This document shows, in pieces, positions 32,143-43,997 of a stretch of DNA of 64,000 bases (position 1 is the stretch's first letter; each line of letters begins with the position of its first letter). The position numbers and the translations under genes are program-made. A model generated the notes under the pieces. The model worked only from the letters and a program-made list of their open reading frames with translations, ran no database searches and was not told the DNA's origin. The DNA comes from an uncultured Chloroflexia bacterium (GTDB lineage: Bacteria; Chloroflexota; Dehalococcoidia; DSTF01; JALHUB01), in NCBI GenBank assembly GCA_963726245.1, contig CAVSBT010000027.1, positions 1 to 64,000 of the forward strand, given 5' to 3'.

Positions 32143-33443
32143 ATGCGTAGTCTGCTTCCTTCTTCACCAGGGCAACATGTACTCGGGCGGGCAGGGCGTC
32201 TACATGTCGAACGTCACCCGCGAGCTGGCCGCCCTCGGCCACGAGGTGCACCTCATCGTCGGGCCGCCCTGGCCGGACACCGCGCCCGGCGTTACCGTCC
32301 ACCGCGTCAAGACGTTCAGCGTCTACCGACTGCTGGAGACGGGCCGCTTCTGGTTCTACGGCCGCGACCCCCTGGAGTTCTTCCAGCCCCTCAACTTCTA
32401 CGAGCTGGCCACCAGCCGCATGGGCATGTTCTCGGTCATGTTCGCCTTCAGCTTCCGGGCTTACCAGACCTTCCGCGAGCTTTCGGCCCGCCACCCCTTC
32501 GACCTCGTGCACGACATCCAAGTGCTGGGCTACGGCACGCTGCTCACCCGCACGTCAGGCTCAAACGGGCGCGGCGTACCGGTTGTGGCCAACATCCATC
32601 ACCCGCTGTCCATCGACCGGCGCAACTCCATCCTCCAGGCGCGTTCCGTGCGGGAGAAGGTGCGCCGCATCGCCTTCTACCCCTTCTGGATGCAGGAGCT
32701 GGTGGCGCGACGGCTGGACCGGATCATCACCGGCTCCCGCAACTCAGCCGTCTCGGTCGGAAAGGCGTTCCGCCTACCCGCAGGAGAAGATCGCCGTGAT
32801 CCACGACGGCGTGGACGCCGAGACCTATCGCCCCCTGGAGGGCGCGGAAAAGGAGCCGGGAAGCCTCCTTTACGTGGGCAACTCCGAGGACCGCAACAAG
32901 GGGGCCCGCTACCTGCTGGAGGCGCTGCATCTCCTGAAGGAGAAGTCGAAGCCGGCAGCGCTGGACTTCCACCTGACGCTGGTCGACCGGCCCCGCGAGG
33001 CCCTGGAGCTGGCGCCGCGGCTGGCGGCCGAGCTGGGGCTGGAGGATTGCGTGACCTTCTCGGGCCGCGTCTCCCGGGAGGAGCTGGTGCGGCTCTACAA
33101 CCGCGCGCAGTTGGTGGTATCGCCGTCGCTGTACGAGGGGTTCGGCCTGCCCGCGGCCGAGGCGATGGCCTGCGGCGTGCCCGTGGTGGCGACCACGGCC
33201 GGCGCCTTCCCGGAGGTGATCGAGGACGGCGCGACGGGTCTGCTGGTTCCCCCCGCCGATCCAGCAGCCCTGGCCGATGCCATTGGCCGTCTAATGAGCG
33301 ACGCCGCCCTCCGGCGGCGCATGGGGGAAGCGGGTCGGGCCCGCATCGAGGAGCACTTCACCTGGCGGGAAACGGCCCGCCGGACAGCAGGACTTTACGA
33401 AGAGGTCTTGGGCCTGCCTACGGCGCGCAGGCCGGAGCCTTAG
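32143..33443 (+). CDS. glycosyltransferase family 4, paralog 3 (frameshifts near 32150 and 32780)
   Basis: HQGNMYSGGQGVY, HDIQVL, YVGNSEDRNKG, SPSLYEGFGLPAAEAM. Confidence 0.88.
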
Positions 33444-33646
33444 TCCTCGGCCGGAGGCTCCACCGGCGTCGTAACCAGGGCGCGCCCGATCCAGAAAGCC
33501 ACGTAAAGGGCGCCCAGGAAACCGGCCATCACCGGCCCGGCCAGCGCCCAGTAGCTCTTGCGCAGAACGCCGATGATGAAGACCAGCGCCGTCACGACGC
33601 TGGCGCCGCAGATCATGAGCCCGTACGTCTGCGAGCGCTGAGCCAT
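33440..33646 (-). CDS. small 2-TM membrane protein
   Basis: 68 aa with two hydrophobic helices. Confidence 0.65.
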   Translation of the reverse strand: MAQRSQTYGLMICGASVVTALVFIIGVLRKSYWALAGPVMAGFLGALYVAFWIGRALVTTPVEPPAED

Positions 33647-33989
33647 GCTTCTCTGATCCACGCTGGCCCCCTAGAAAAAGATTCCAGACGCTGCCAACCG
33701 TCGAGCCGCTGGCAGCGTGGGTGTTATAGCAGGTGGGAACGCAGGTGTCAAACAGCTTGCCACGCGCGACACGACCCCAGCGTGAACGCTGGGGCATCAG
33801 AAGGCAAACCCATGCCCTCGCCTTCAGGCGAGGGTCAAGGATTCTCCCCCCGATGACAGCCTTATCGACAGGGCACCTGCGCCCCGTTAGAATGAAGCAA
33901 CATACGGGACCCCGGCGCTGGAGCCGGTCGGCGGCTACCGAGGCCGGCCACCATGTCTTTTCCCCCGGACAAGCGAAGGGAGGCGCTAC

Positions 33990-34985
33990 ATGCCGACGGC
34001 CCTCATCACCGGCATCACCGGCCAGGACGGCACCTACCTGGCTGAGCATCTCCTCACCCTGGACTACCACGTTTACGGGCTCATTCGCGGCCAGGCCAAC
34101 CCCAAGCGCCAGCTCATCGAGACCATCCTGCCCGACGTTCGCATCGTCGAGGGAGACCTGCTGGACCAGACGTCGCTCATCAACGCCATCCAGCAGGTAG
34201 CGCCCGACGAGATCTACAACCTGGCGGCCGTCAGCTTCGTCCCCGTCTCCTGGAACCAGCCGGAGCTTACCGGCGAGGTTACGGGCCTGGGAGTGCTACG
34301 TGTACTGGAGGCCATTCGCGTGGTGGAGGGCGCCAGCGCCTCGCGGCCGGCCCGAAACGGCCGCATCCGCTTCTACCAGGCCTCCAGCAGCGAGATGTTC
34401 GGCAAGGTGGCGGTGACGCCGCAAAACGAGGGGACACCCTTCTACCCGCGGAGCCCCTACGGCGTGGCCAAGGTGTACGCCCACTACATCACGGTCAACT
34501 ATCGGGAGAGCTATGGCATCTTCGCCTGCAGCGGCATCCTCTTCAACCACGAATCGCCCCGTCGGGGGCCGGAGTTCGTGACGCGCAAGATCAGCCGCGC
34601 TGCCGCCCGCATCAAGCTCGCCAAGCAGAAGGACCTGGTAATGGGCAACCTGGACGCCCGCCGCGACTGGGGCTTCGCCGGCGACTACGTGCGGGCCATG
34701 TACCTGATGCTCCAGCAGAGCGAGCCCGATGACTACGTGATCGGCACCGGCGAATCGCACCAGGTGCGTGAGTTCGTTGACCTCGCCTTCCGGCACGTGG
34801 GCCTCAACTGGAAGGACTACGTGCGCAGCGACAGCCAGTTCTCGCGGCCGGCCGAGGTGGATCACCTGACCGCCGACGCAACCAAGGCCCGCCAGAAGCT
34901 GGGCTGGCGGCCCACCGTCTCCTTCGAGGAGCTGGTACAGATGATGGTGGAATCCGACCTGAAGGCCGAGTCCGTCGGACAGTGA
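33990..34985 (+). CDS. gmd: GDP-mannose 4,6-dehydratase
   Basis: [52 protein letters not shown]. Confidence 0.95.
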   Translation: MPTALITGITGQDGTYLAEHLLTLDYHVYGLIRGQANPKRQLIETILPDVRIVEGDLLDQTSLINAIQQVAPDEIYNLAAVSFVPVSWNQPELTGEVTGLGVLRVLEAIRVVEGASASRPARNGRIRFYQASSSEMFGKVAVTPQNEGTPFYPRSPYGVAKVYAHYITVNYRESYGIFACSGILFNHESPRRGPEFVTRKISRAAARIKLAKQKDLVMGNLDARRDWGFAGDYVRAMYLMLQQSEPDDYVIGTGESHQVREFVDLAFRHVGLNWKDYVRSDSQFSRPAEVDHLTADATKARQKLGWRPTVSFEELVQMMVESDLKAESVGQ

Positions 34986-35029
34986 GGGCCGTTGGCGGGG
35001 TTACTGCGGTAGTGTAGGATAGTCTGACG

Positions 35030-36379
35030 ATGGAGCCGCGCATCCAGTACGCACAGGCCGCTGATGGCGTCAGCATTGCCTTCTGCACGGTAGGAGAAGG
35101 CCAGCCTCTCGTGTGGCTAAACGCGTTGCCGTTTAGCCATATCCAACTGGAGTGGCAACTGCCCGATATCAGCACCTGGTATGAGCGCCTTGCTCAGCGG
35201 AGAAAGTTCGTCCGCTACGATTACAGGGGGTCCGGGCTCTCGGACCGCGACGTCACAGACTACTCGCTTGACGCTCACGTGCTGGACCTCGAGGCGGTGG
35301 TCGACCGGCTGGGCCTGGAGCAGTTCAACCTGTTTGCGATCTTTCACGCCGGGCCCGTGGCCATAGCTTACGCGGCGCGTCACCCGGAGCGGGTGTCCCA
35401 CCTTGTCCTGTGGTGCTCCTGGGCACGGGGCTCGGACATATCGGGGTCGCCGCTGATTCAGACAATGCGCGGATTCATAGGTCAGAACTGGGAAGCATTC
35501 ACAGAGACTGCGGGAGGTAGCTTTCTCGGCTGGTCGGTGCCTGAGTCGGCGCATCGATTCGCCGCATTCCTGCGCGCAAGCATCACGCCGCAAGGGGCCC
35601 AGGCGGCGCTGGAGGCAACGACACGATTCGACGTCACCGATCTCCTGCCGCAACTGCGGACGCCGACTCTCGTCCTGCACCGTCGCGAGCTGCGTTTCCC
35701 TGACGCCAGTGTCGCCAGACGCCTTGCCACCCAGATACCCGACGCCTCTCTGGTCATGCTGGAAGGGGACTCGATGGCGCCGTACCTGGGCGACGCCGAG
35801 GCCGTGTATCGGACCACTACCGGGTTCTTCGGTGAAGCTGAGGAGCCTGTGACGGTCAAGGAGCCGCCCGAGGCGAGCGGCGTTCACACAATCCTGTTCA
35901 CCGACGTAGAAGGGTCAACCTCCTTGACGGACCGGCTGGGCGACGCGAAAGGGCGCGAGGTGCTCCGCACCTATGAAAGCATCGTGCGCGATGCCTTGCG
36001 GGCCCGGGGCGGCTCCGAGGTGAAGACCACAGGCGATGGCTTCATGGCCTCCTTCTCCTCCGCGACGCAGGCGATAGAGTGCGCCATCGAAGTACAGAGA
36101 GCCGTCGGCGCGCACAACGAGTCGGCCGCGGAGCCGATGAGGGTGCGCATAGGTCTCAACGCCGGGGAGCCGATAGCCGAGAGGGAGGACCTTTTCGGGA
36201 CAGCCGTTAACATGGCGGCCCGCATCGCCGCTCAGGCCGAGGGCGGGGAGATCCTGGTGGCGAACGTGGTCAGGGAGCTGGCGGCGGGCAAAGGGTTCTT
36301 GTTCGCCGACCGCGGCGAAGTGATGGTTCGCGGCTTCGAGGACCCGGTGCGGCTGTTTGAAGTCAGGTGGCGCGCGTGA
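35030..36379 (+). CDS. alpha/beta hydrolase fold fused to class III adenylate/guanylate cyclase
   Basis: YDYRGSGLSDR; cyclase motifs ILFTDVEGST, KTTGDGF, RIGLNAGE, GTAVNMAARI. Confidence 0.9.
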   Translation: MEPRIQYAQAADGVSIAFCTVGEGQPLVWLNALPFSHIQLEWQLPDISTWYERLAQRRKFVRYDYRGSGLSDRDVTDYSLDAHVLDLEAVVDRLGLEQFNLFAIFHAGPVAIAYAARHPERVSHLVLWCSWARGSDISGSPLIQTMRGFIGQNWEAFTETAGGSFLGWSVPESAHRFAAFLRASITPQGAQAALEATTRFDVTDLLPQLRTPTLVLHRRELRFPDASVARRLATQIPDASLVMLEGDSMAPYLGDAEAVYRTTTGFFGEAEEPVTVKEPPEASGVHTILFTDVEGSTSLTDRLGDAKGREVLRTYESIVRDALRARGGSEVKTTGDGFMASFSSATQAIECAIEVQRAVGAHNESAAEPMRVRIGLNAGEPIAEREDLFGTAVNMAARIAAQAEGGEILVANVVRELAAGKGFLFADRGEVMVRGFEDPVRLFEVRWRA

Positions 36380-36445
36380 TGGAGCCGCGCACCAGCGCCG
36401 GCGCCGCCCGGACGCTGCGTGTCAATCTCAGCAGGAGGTAGGCCT

Positions 36446-36874
36446 ATGAGTAGCGAAGACGCACTGGCCAAGGTGCCTCTCTTCTCGCAGTTCAGCCGCA
36501 AGGACCTAGAGCGCCTGGCCAAGGGGACGGTGACCCGCGACTTTGCCAGTGGCAGTGTCATCGTCAAAGAGGGCGACCAGGCGCTGGGCTTCTTCCTCAT
36601 ACTCTCTGGGCGCGCCGAGGTGTTCAAAGGCGCAGAAAGCCCCAATCCACGGGTCATTAGCACACTCGGGGCGGGCGATTTCTTCGGGGAGATGGCTCTC
36701 CTGGACGGCTATATGCGTTCGGCGAGCGTGCGGGCGGTCGAGGACACCAAGTGCCTCGTGCTATCACGCTGGGACTTCCTGGCCGAGCTTCGCACCAGCC
36801 CCTACATCGCCATGCAGATGCTGTCCGTCCTCAGCCGCCGGCTGCGCGAAGTGGACTCTAATCCGCCGGCTTGA
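36446..36874 (+). CDS. stand-alone cyclic nucleotide-binding domain protein
   Basis: AGGAGG RBS; VPLFS, GDFFGEMALL, RSASV. Confidence 0.9.
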   Translation: MSSEDALAKVPLFSQFSRKDLERLAKGTVTRDFASGSVIVKEGDQALGFFLILSGRAEVFKGAESPNPRVISTLGAGDFFGEMALLDGYMRSASVRAVEDTKCLVLSRWDFLAELRTSPYIAMQMLSVLSRRLREVDSNPPA

Positions 36875-36891
36875 GCCAGCCTTAATAGAGG

Positions 36892-36918
36892 CTGGGCCCG
36901 GCGCGAGGCTGGGCCCAG
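36892..36918. terminator. GC hairpin between convergent cNMP gene and tRNA operon
   Basis: CTGGGCCCGGC-gcgag-GCTGGGCCCAG. Confidence 0.5.
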
Positions 36919-36931
36919 ATACTGACAAGAG

Positions 36932-37008
36932 TGGCGCGCTCGGCGGGATTCGAACCCACGGCCTCAGCCTCCGCAGGGCTGCGCTCTATCCAGCTGAGCT
37001 ACGAGCGC
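36932..37008 (-). tRNA. tRNA-Arg(GCG)
   Basis: GCGCTCGTAGCTCAGCTGGATAGAGCG CAGCC-CTGCGGA-GGCTG ... GAGCGCGCCA. Confidence 0.93.
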
Positions 37009-37086
37009 GCGCGACAGGTGACAAGACTCGGGGATAAGGCGCCGGCGGGTCCCCGAGCGGCGTCCCTTGCCCCGTATACACAACCT

Positions 37087-37172
37087 TGGTGCCGAAGGGG
37101 GGATTTGAACCCCCACGCCCGTACGGGCACTACGCCCTGAACGTAGCGCGTCTGCCATTCCGCCACTTCGGC
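37087..37172 (-). tRNA. tRNA-Leu(CAG)
   Basis: GCCGAAGTGGCGGAA...TTCAGGG loop, long variable arm, CCA. Confidence 0.95.
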
Positions 37173-37194
37173 ACGACCCGCCATTGCCGGACAA

Positions 37195-37271
37195 TGGTGG
37201 GCGGTACAGGGCTCGAACCTGTGACCTCTTCCGTGTGAAGGAAGCGCTCGTACCAGCTGAGCTAACCGCCC
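37195..37271 (-). tRNA. tRNA-Val(CAC)
   Basis: GGGCGGTTAGCTCAG...TTCACAC...CCGCCCACCA. Confidence 0.95.
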
Positions 37272-37372
37272 CGGCCTCGGGCAAAGGAAATTCTAGCAGC
37301 GGCTCGAATAGGGCGTCAAGCGCGCCGAGCGCTGGAGACCAGCCAAACACCCACTGGCAGAGCCGCGCCGGC

Positions 37373-38298
37373 CTACCGCAGCCGTGGGTCCAGAGCGTCG
37401 CGCAGCCCGTCCCCCAGGAACGTGAAGCAAAGCATTAGGAGAGCGACGGCGGCAGCGGGGAAGGTCACCACCCAGGTATTCACCTGGATGTAGGTGTAGC
37501 CGTCGGTGACCAGACGCCCCAGGCTCGCCGTGGGCGGCGGCAGGCCGAAGCCGACAATGGCCAGGGCCGCCTCGGCGAAGATGGCGATCGGTATGCCAAA
37601 CGTGACGGCCACAATCACCGGCCCCAGCGTGTTGGGCAGCATATGCCGGAAGACGATGCGCCGGTTGGTGGCGCCCAGGGCCCGGGCCGCCACCACGTAG
37701 TCCCGTTCGGCCAGCGAGAGCATCTGCCCCCGTACCAGCCGGGCAAGGGTGGTCCAGTTCACCAAGGCGATCGCCAGCATTATCTGGAGGCGGGGATTCC
37801 CCAGCACCGGCCAGTGGCGCTCCGAGAGGACAGCGCGCATAAGAATAATGAAGAGCAGGTCGGGGAAGGCGTAGGTTATGTCGGTTGCACGCATCAAGAG
37901 GTTATCGCTCCAGCGGCCGCCCAGCGCGGCGGCTGCCCCCACGGCCAGCCCAAGGAACAAGACGAAAGCCTGGGTGCCGAGCCCAATCTGAAGGGAGATG
38001 CCTACCCCGGTCAGGACCCGGCTCCAGTTGTCGCGGCCCAAATTGTCGGTGCCGAAGAAGTGGGCCCCGGAAGGGCCCTCCTGCAAGTGCTGATAGTCCT
38101 GGTCCTGGTAGGGATCATAGCGGAGCAGGCCATGGAAATATTCAGAGGCTATGGCGAGGGCTGCCACCACCAGCAGCACGACCAGGGCTGCCATGGCCAG
38201 GCGGTTACGCGTCAGGCGGCGAAAAGCGTCGGACCAGAGGCCTCTCTCGCGGGTCGGCAGCTCCCAGACCTTCTCCACCGGGCGCTCTGCGCCTCCAT
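37373..38298 (-). CDS. oppC: oligopeptide ABC transporter permease C (probable 5' frameshift)
   Basis: HFFGTDNLGRD, ARLVRGQ, AARALGA, HMLPN, GDGLRDALDPR. Confidence 0.9.
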
Positions 38299-38304
38299 TC
38301 CTCC

Positions 38305-39261
<957 letters not shown>

Positions 39262-39273
39262 CGGTTCACAGCG

Positions 39274-39302
39274 GCGTGGGGCCCGCCGAGCGGGCCCCAC
39301 GC
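39274..39302 (-). terminator. 13-bp stem-loop between oppA and oppB (mRNA stabiliser or partial terminator)
   Basis: GCGTGGGGCCCGC-cga-GCGGGCCCCACGC. Confidence 0.65.
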
Positions 39303-39333
39303 ACATTCTACTATCCTCGTGTCAATAGAGATA

Positions 39334-41082
39334 TCACTGCGCCTTGACGAACCAGTTCTCCACGCCCCAGTTGCCGGGTATTCCGGCATCGATGGCGCCG
39401 TTGGCGGTCAGGCCACCAATCTTGGGATCCACCAGGTAAACACGCGCCAGTTGCGTGATGGGCGCTGCGCCACAGAGCTTAGTGACGATCAGTGTCTCGG
39501 CCTCCTGGAGCAACTGGATGCGCGCGGCGTTATCCGTTTCCGTGGCTGCCGCCTTTAGCTTGGCGTCGATGTCGGGGTCGCTGCAGTTGTACTGGTTGTT
39601 GCCGCCACCCGTGTCGAAGAGCCCGATGAGCATGTTCTCCGGATCGGGGTAGTCGATCTGCCAGCCTCCCCGGAACAGCTGGAAGTCCTGGGAGTTGAAG
39701 CGTGACGACCGTGTCTTGGCGTCCACGAAATCTAGCCCGATGCTGACGTTGAGCACCGTCTTCCACTGGTTCTGGAGGAACTCAGCCAGGGACCTCTGGA
39801 CGGCGTCGTCCCGCATCAGCAGCTTCATCTCCGGGAAACCCTGGCCGTTGGGGTAGCCGGCGTCGGACAGCGCTTTCTTCGCCGCCGCCGGGTCGTAGCC
39901 AATGATGCTGTCGAAGGCCCCGTTGCCCTGGAAGCCAGGGATGCCCTCCACCAGCCAGTAGGTGGCGGGGATGCTGGCGCCGCTGTAGACCACGTTGTTC
40001 AGGGTCGTCCGGTCGATGGCGCGGGAGAGGGCCAGGCGCACGTTAAAGTCGGCGAGCGTCGGGTCCTTGAGCTGCATCTCTATGGAGTCCATGCGCCCCG
40101 TGCCCTCCAGCATGTAGGCCTTGGTCAACGTGGCGTCGGCCTTTACAGTCGGGATCTCGGACTCCGGGAAGTTGACGAGGTCGATCTCGCCCGTCTGGAA
40201 GGCCCGGAACGCTACCGACGTGTCATCAATGAACTTTATGGTGATCTTCTGGAGCGTTGGCTTAGGCTCCAGGGCCCAGTTAGGGTTGGGCGTCAGTGTC
40301 ACGTGGTCCTTGGGCACGAACTCGGAGATCGTGTAGGGCCCATTGACCGCGATGTTGCCTGGGTCGGTCCACTTCTCACCGTACTTGTCGATGATGTCCT
40401 GGCGGGCCGGGAAGGCCGACCAGAGGGACATGATCGTGGTGAAGGTAGTCTTGGGCTGGGCCAGCGTCACCTGGAGCGTCGTGTCATCAACCGCCTTCAC
40501 GCCCACGGCGTCGCGCAGCGCCGCAAGTTCTTGCGCCGTGGGTTGCTTGGGCTGGTCCGCCGTGCCCATCGCCCCGGCGTACTCGTCGCAGCCAACGACG
40601 CCCAGAATCGAGGCGCCCAGGATGTACTGGTAGGGGCTGGCCACCTCCGGGCTGCACGAGCGCAGGATGCCGTCCGCGTAGTGCTGGGCGATGAGCGGCT
40701 GGCCATCGGACCACTTCAGGCCGGACTTCAACTTGATGGTGTAGACGTTCCCGCTCACTTCTGGCTCGCTGGCCGCCATGGCCAGGTCCACCTTGACGCC
40801 GCCGTCCGCGCTCGGCACCAGTTGGTAAAGGCCCCGGAAGATCATCCGCTCTATGGAGATGTCCTGCTCGAAATTCGAGCGTTGTGGGTCGAAGTACTCG
40901 GGCTCGTTCTGCTGGATGGTCAGCACCTGCTGTGATGCGGGCGCCTTCTCACCCCCGGCCCCTCCGGTGGGGGTCACGGTTTCCTTTTTTTCGCCGCCAC
41001 CTCCGCACGCCACCGCAAACAAGGCCACCATGGCGACAAGGGCTCCCAAGAGAACGGGGAGCCGCCATCTCTTAGTCAGCAT
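39334..41082 (-). CDS. oppA: peptide ABC transporter substrate-binding lipoprotein
   Basis: AVACGGGG lipobox; KWSDG, NGPY, VRLALSRAIDR, GWQIDYPDP (SBP family 5). Confidence 0.92.
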   Translation of the reverse strand: MLTKRWRLPVLLGALVAMVALFAVACGGGGEKKETVTPTGGAGGEKAPASQQVLTIQQNEPEYFDPQRSNFEQDISIERMIFRGLYQLVPSADGGVKVDLAMAASEPEVSGNVYTIKLKSGLKWSDGQPLIAQHYADGILRSCSPEVASPYQYILGASILGVVGCDEYAGAMGTADQPKQPTAQELAALRDAVGVKAVDDTTLQVTLAQPKTTFTTIMSLWSAFPARQDIIDKYGEKWTDPGNIAVNGPYTISEFVPKDHVTLTPNPNWALEPKPTLQKITIKFIDDTSVAFRAFQTGEIDLVNFPESEIPTVKADATLTKAYMLEGTGRMDSIEMQLKDPTLADFNVRLALSRAIDRTTLNNVVYSGASIPATYWLVEGIPGFQGNGAFDSIIGYDPAAAKKALSDAGYPNGQGFPEMKLLMRDDAVQRSLAEFLQNQWKTVLNVSIGLDFVDAKTRSSRFNSQDFQLFRGGWQIDYPDPENMLIGLFDTGGGNNQYNCSDPDIDAKLKAAATETDNAARIQLLQEAETLIVTKLCGAAPITQLARVYLVDPKIGGLTANGAIDAGIPGNWGVENWFVKAQ

Positions 41083-41527
41083 AACTTCTCCTCCTTGAGT
41101 CGGAGCTAGCAACCTGCCGTTTCTGGCCACCGGCTATCTCTGTGGAGCAGCTCCAGCCTCCTTTCATGTGCCACCGTAGACGAGACTGAACGATAAGCGC
41201 GAGCAGAGATTACCGCAAGTAGCCGCGCTCGTCCAGTAGCGAGGAGAAAAGGCGGCAGATCGGGAAGATGTTCTTCGCCCGCTAGCACATAAGCGGTCCT
41301 CGTGCTATAAACATTGTTCGGGGGGTCACGAGCTCGATTGGGCTCGTGGAACCCCTTTGGTTTGCCTTGTCATCTTGTCCCGTAGAGCCAGACACCGGTT
41401 CGCTCAGCAGGACCGGCGGCGATGAGGGTCTGGGCTCTGTCGCCCGGAAGGTTATCGGTAATGCCGCCCGCCTGGTCACGTGAAATGGTGGCCGGGCAGG
41501 CGCCAGGTGAAGTAAGGAGGGGCTCAG

Positions 41528-42661
41528 GTGAGAGACCTGTCTTCCCGCGCGGGGCCACTCCTCGTGGAGCAGAAGGACCTCGACCGGTTGTTCGACGGCC
41601 TCAAGAAGAGAGGCTATAACCTCGTGGGTCCTACTCTGCGCGAGGGCGCCATCACGTACGCAGAAATCGACTCTATCGCCAATCTCCCGGCAGGCTGGAC
41701 GAGCGAGCAGGACGGGGGCACTTATCGCCTTACCCGCCGCAAGGACCAGGCGCTCTTCGGATATACGGCGGGTCCTCACTCATGCAAGAAGTTCCTCTAT
41801 CCTTCCGTGACGCCGCTCTGGGAGACCAAGCGCAACGGCAACGGATTCAAGCCCATTGGGGGAGGCCCGGAAAGCCCCAAGTACGCGTTTGTCGGCGTGC
41901 GCTCGTGCGACCTGAACGCCGTCGCGATTCAAGACAGGGTTTTCCTTCAGGGGAAATACGTCGACCCCATCTACAAGGCCCGCCGCGAGGGCGCCTTTGT
42001 TGCGGCCGTCAACTGCGGGCAGGCAGGAGGCACCTGCTTCTGCGCATCGATGAACACCGGCCCCAAGGCGACGACCGGGTTCGACCTGGCCCTCACCGAG
42101 GTCCTGGAGGGACAGCGACACTACTTCGTCGTCGAGGTGGGCAGCGAGACGGGCGCCAAGGTGCTGGAAGACGTCCCGCACCGCGATGCAACCGCCGAAG
42201 AGAAGGCGTCGGCAGAGCGCACGGTGACGCGGGCCGCATCTCAGATGGGGCGGACCTTGGACACCACCGGCATCAAGGAGCTCCTCTACCACAATTACGA
42301 GCACCCGCGCTGGGACGAGGTGGCGAAGCGCTGCCTGACCTGCGCCAACTGCACCCAGGTCTGCCCGACGTGCTTCTGCACCACGGTGGAAGACACCACC
42401 GACCTCAAGGGTGAGCAGGCCGGGCGCTGGCGGAAGCTGGACTCGTGCTTCACAATGGACTTCTCCTATATCCACGGCGGCAGCATCCGCTCCTCAGCGA
42501 AGTCCCGCTACCGGCAGTGGATGACGCACAAGCTGGCCACCTGGATCGACCAGTTCGGCACGTCCGGCTGCGTGGGATGCGGCCGCTGCATCACCTGGTG
42601 CCCCGTGGGCATCGATATCACCGAAGAAGTCCGGGCCATCCGCGAAAGCAAACCCGCCTGA
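41528..42661 (+). CDS. hydB: group 3b NiFe hydrogenase (sulfhydrogenase) beta subunit, 4Fe-4S
   Basis: [39 protein letters not shown]. Confidence 0.88.
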   Translation: MRDLSSRAGPLLVEQKDLDRLFDGLKKRGYNLVGPTLREGAITYAEIDSIANLPAGWTSEQDGGTYRLTRRKDQALFGYTAGPHSCKKFLYPSVTPLWETKRNGNGFKPIGGGPESPKYAFVGVRSCDLNAVAIQDRVFLQGKYVDPIYKARREGAFVAAVNCGQAGGTCFCASMNTGPKATTGFDLALTEVLEGQRHYFVVEVGSETGAKVLEDVPHRDATAEEKASAERTVTRAASQMGRTLDTTGIKELLYHNYEHPRWDEVAKRCLTCANCTQVCPTCFCTTVEDTTDLKGEQAGRWRKLDSCFTMDFSYIHGGSIRSSAKSRYRQWMTHKLATWIDQFGTSGCVGCGRCITWCPVGIDITEEVRAIRESKPA

Positions 42662-42690
42662 CGCGGGCGCCCGGGAAATGGGGAGGAAGA

Positions 42691-43146
42691 ATGCAAGACC
42701 TTGAACCCATCATCGCTGAGCATCGCTTCCTGAAGGGACTGGCTCCTCCCTACCTCAAGGAGCTGGTCGGCTGCGCTTCGAACGTGCGCTTCCAAGCAGG
42801 AGAGTACATCTTCCGGCAGGGCGAAGAGGCCAGCACCTTCTACGCCGTCCGGCAGGGCGCGGTGGCCCTGGAGATCTTCGTGCCGGAGAAGGGTGGCGTC
42901 GTCATCCAGAACGTCGGCGAGGGCGACGTCCTCGGCTGGTCGTGGTTGATTCCGCCTCACCGCTGGCGGTTTGACGCCCGCGCCGTGGAGGAAACGCGCG
43001 CGATCGCCTTCGACGGCACCTGTCTGCGAGGGAAGTGCGAAGAGGATCACAACTTCGGCTACGAGCTCCTCAAGCGCTTCTCCGAAGTTATCACGCAGCG
43101 CCTTGAGGCGACCAGGATGCAGCTTGTGGATGTCTACCATGGTTAG
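42691..43146 (+). CDS. cyclic nucleotide-binding domain protein inside the hydrogenase operon
   Basis: [26 protein letters not shown]. Confidence 0.88.
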   Translation: MQDLEPIIAEHRFLKGLAPPYLKELVGCASNVRFQAGEYIFRQGEEASTFYAVRQGAVALEIFVPEKGGVVIQNVGEGDVLGWSWLIPPHRWRFDARAVEETRAIAFDGTCLRGKCEEDHNFGYELLKRFSEVITQRLEATRMQLVDVYHG

Positions 43147-43996
43147 GCAAGCGCAACAGGCGGTAGCGCCTGCCGTCGACCCGATGCGCCCTCAGCCGTA
43201 TCGCCTCCAGCGGGTGCGGCACGAGACCTACGACACCTTCACCCTCGAACTCGAGGGGGCGAACGGCCGCCCCCACTCCTTTGCTCCCGGACAGTTCAAC
43301 ATGGTCTACCTCCTCGGCGTAGGCGAGGTGCCGATCTCCATCAGCGGCGACCCTGCCCGGCCGGGCTCGCTCGTACACACGATCCGCGCGGTAGGCACGG
43401 TGACCAAGCCGATGGTCAGGCTGAAGCGCGGCGATATGCTGGGAGTGCGCGGCCCCTTCGGGAGCTCCTGGCCCGTCGAAGAGGCGAAAGGCCGTGACGC
43501 CGTTATCCTGGCCGGCGGAATCGGCCTGGCGCCCCTTCGCCCCGCCCTGTACCATCTCCTCGCTCACCGCGACGACTACCGCCGCGTCGTTCTCCTCTAC
43601 GGGGCCCGGACGCCGGAGGACCTCCTCTACACAGACGAACTGGAGGAGTGGCGCAGCCGCTTCGACGTGGAGGTAGGAGTCACCGTGGACGCGGCGTCAG
43701 GGAACTGGAAGGGAAACGTCGGCGTCGTGACCACGCTCATACCGTGGGCGCGCTTCGAACCCTCGGAGGCGGTCGCGATGGTCTGCGGCCCCGAGGTGAT
43801 GATGCGGTTCACGGTCCAGGCGCTCCAAGAGAAGGGGATGACGGCGGACAACATATTCGTCTCGATGGAACGGAACATGAAATGCGGCGTCGGCTTCTGT
43901 GGGCACTGCCAGTGGGGCCCCACCTTCATCTGCAAGGACGGGCCGGTCTTCCGCTGCGACCGCATGGAGCTGTTTCTCTGGAAGCGAGAGATCTGA
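43139..43996 (+). CDS. hydG: group 3b hydrogenase gamma subunit (FAD/NAD-binding, 2Fe-2S)
   Basis: [45 protein letters not shown]. Confidence 0.9.
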   Translation: MVRQAQQAVAPAVDPMRPQPYRLQRVRHETYDTFTLELEGANGRPHSFAPGQFNMVYLLGVGEVPISISGDPARPGSLVHTIRAVGTVTKPMVRLKRGDMLGVRGPFGSSWPVEEAKGRDAVILAGGIGLAPLRPALYHLLAHRDDYRRVVLLYGARTPEDLLYTDELEEWRSRFDVEVGVTVDAASGNWKGNVGVVTTLIPWARFEPSEAVAMVCGPEVMMRFTVQALQEKGMTADNIFVSMERNMKCGVGFCGHCQWGPTFICKDGPVFRCDRMELFLWKREI

Positions 43997-43997
43997 G

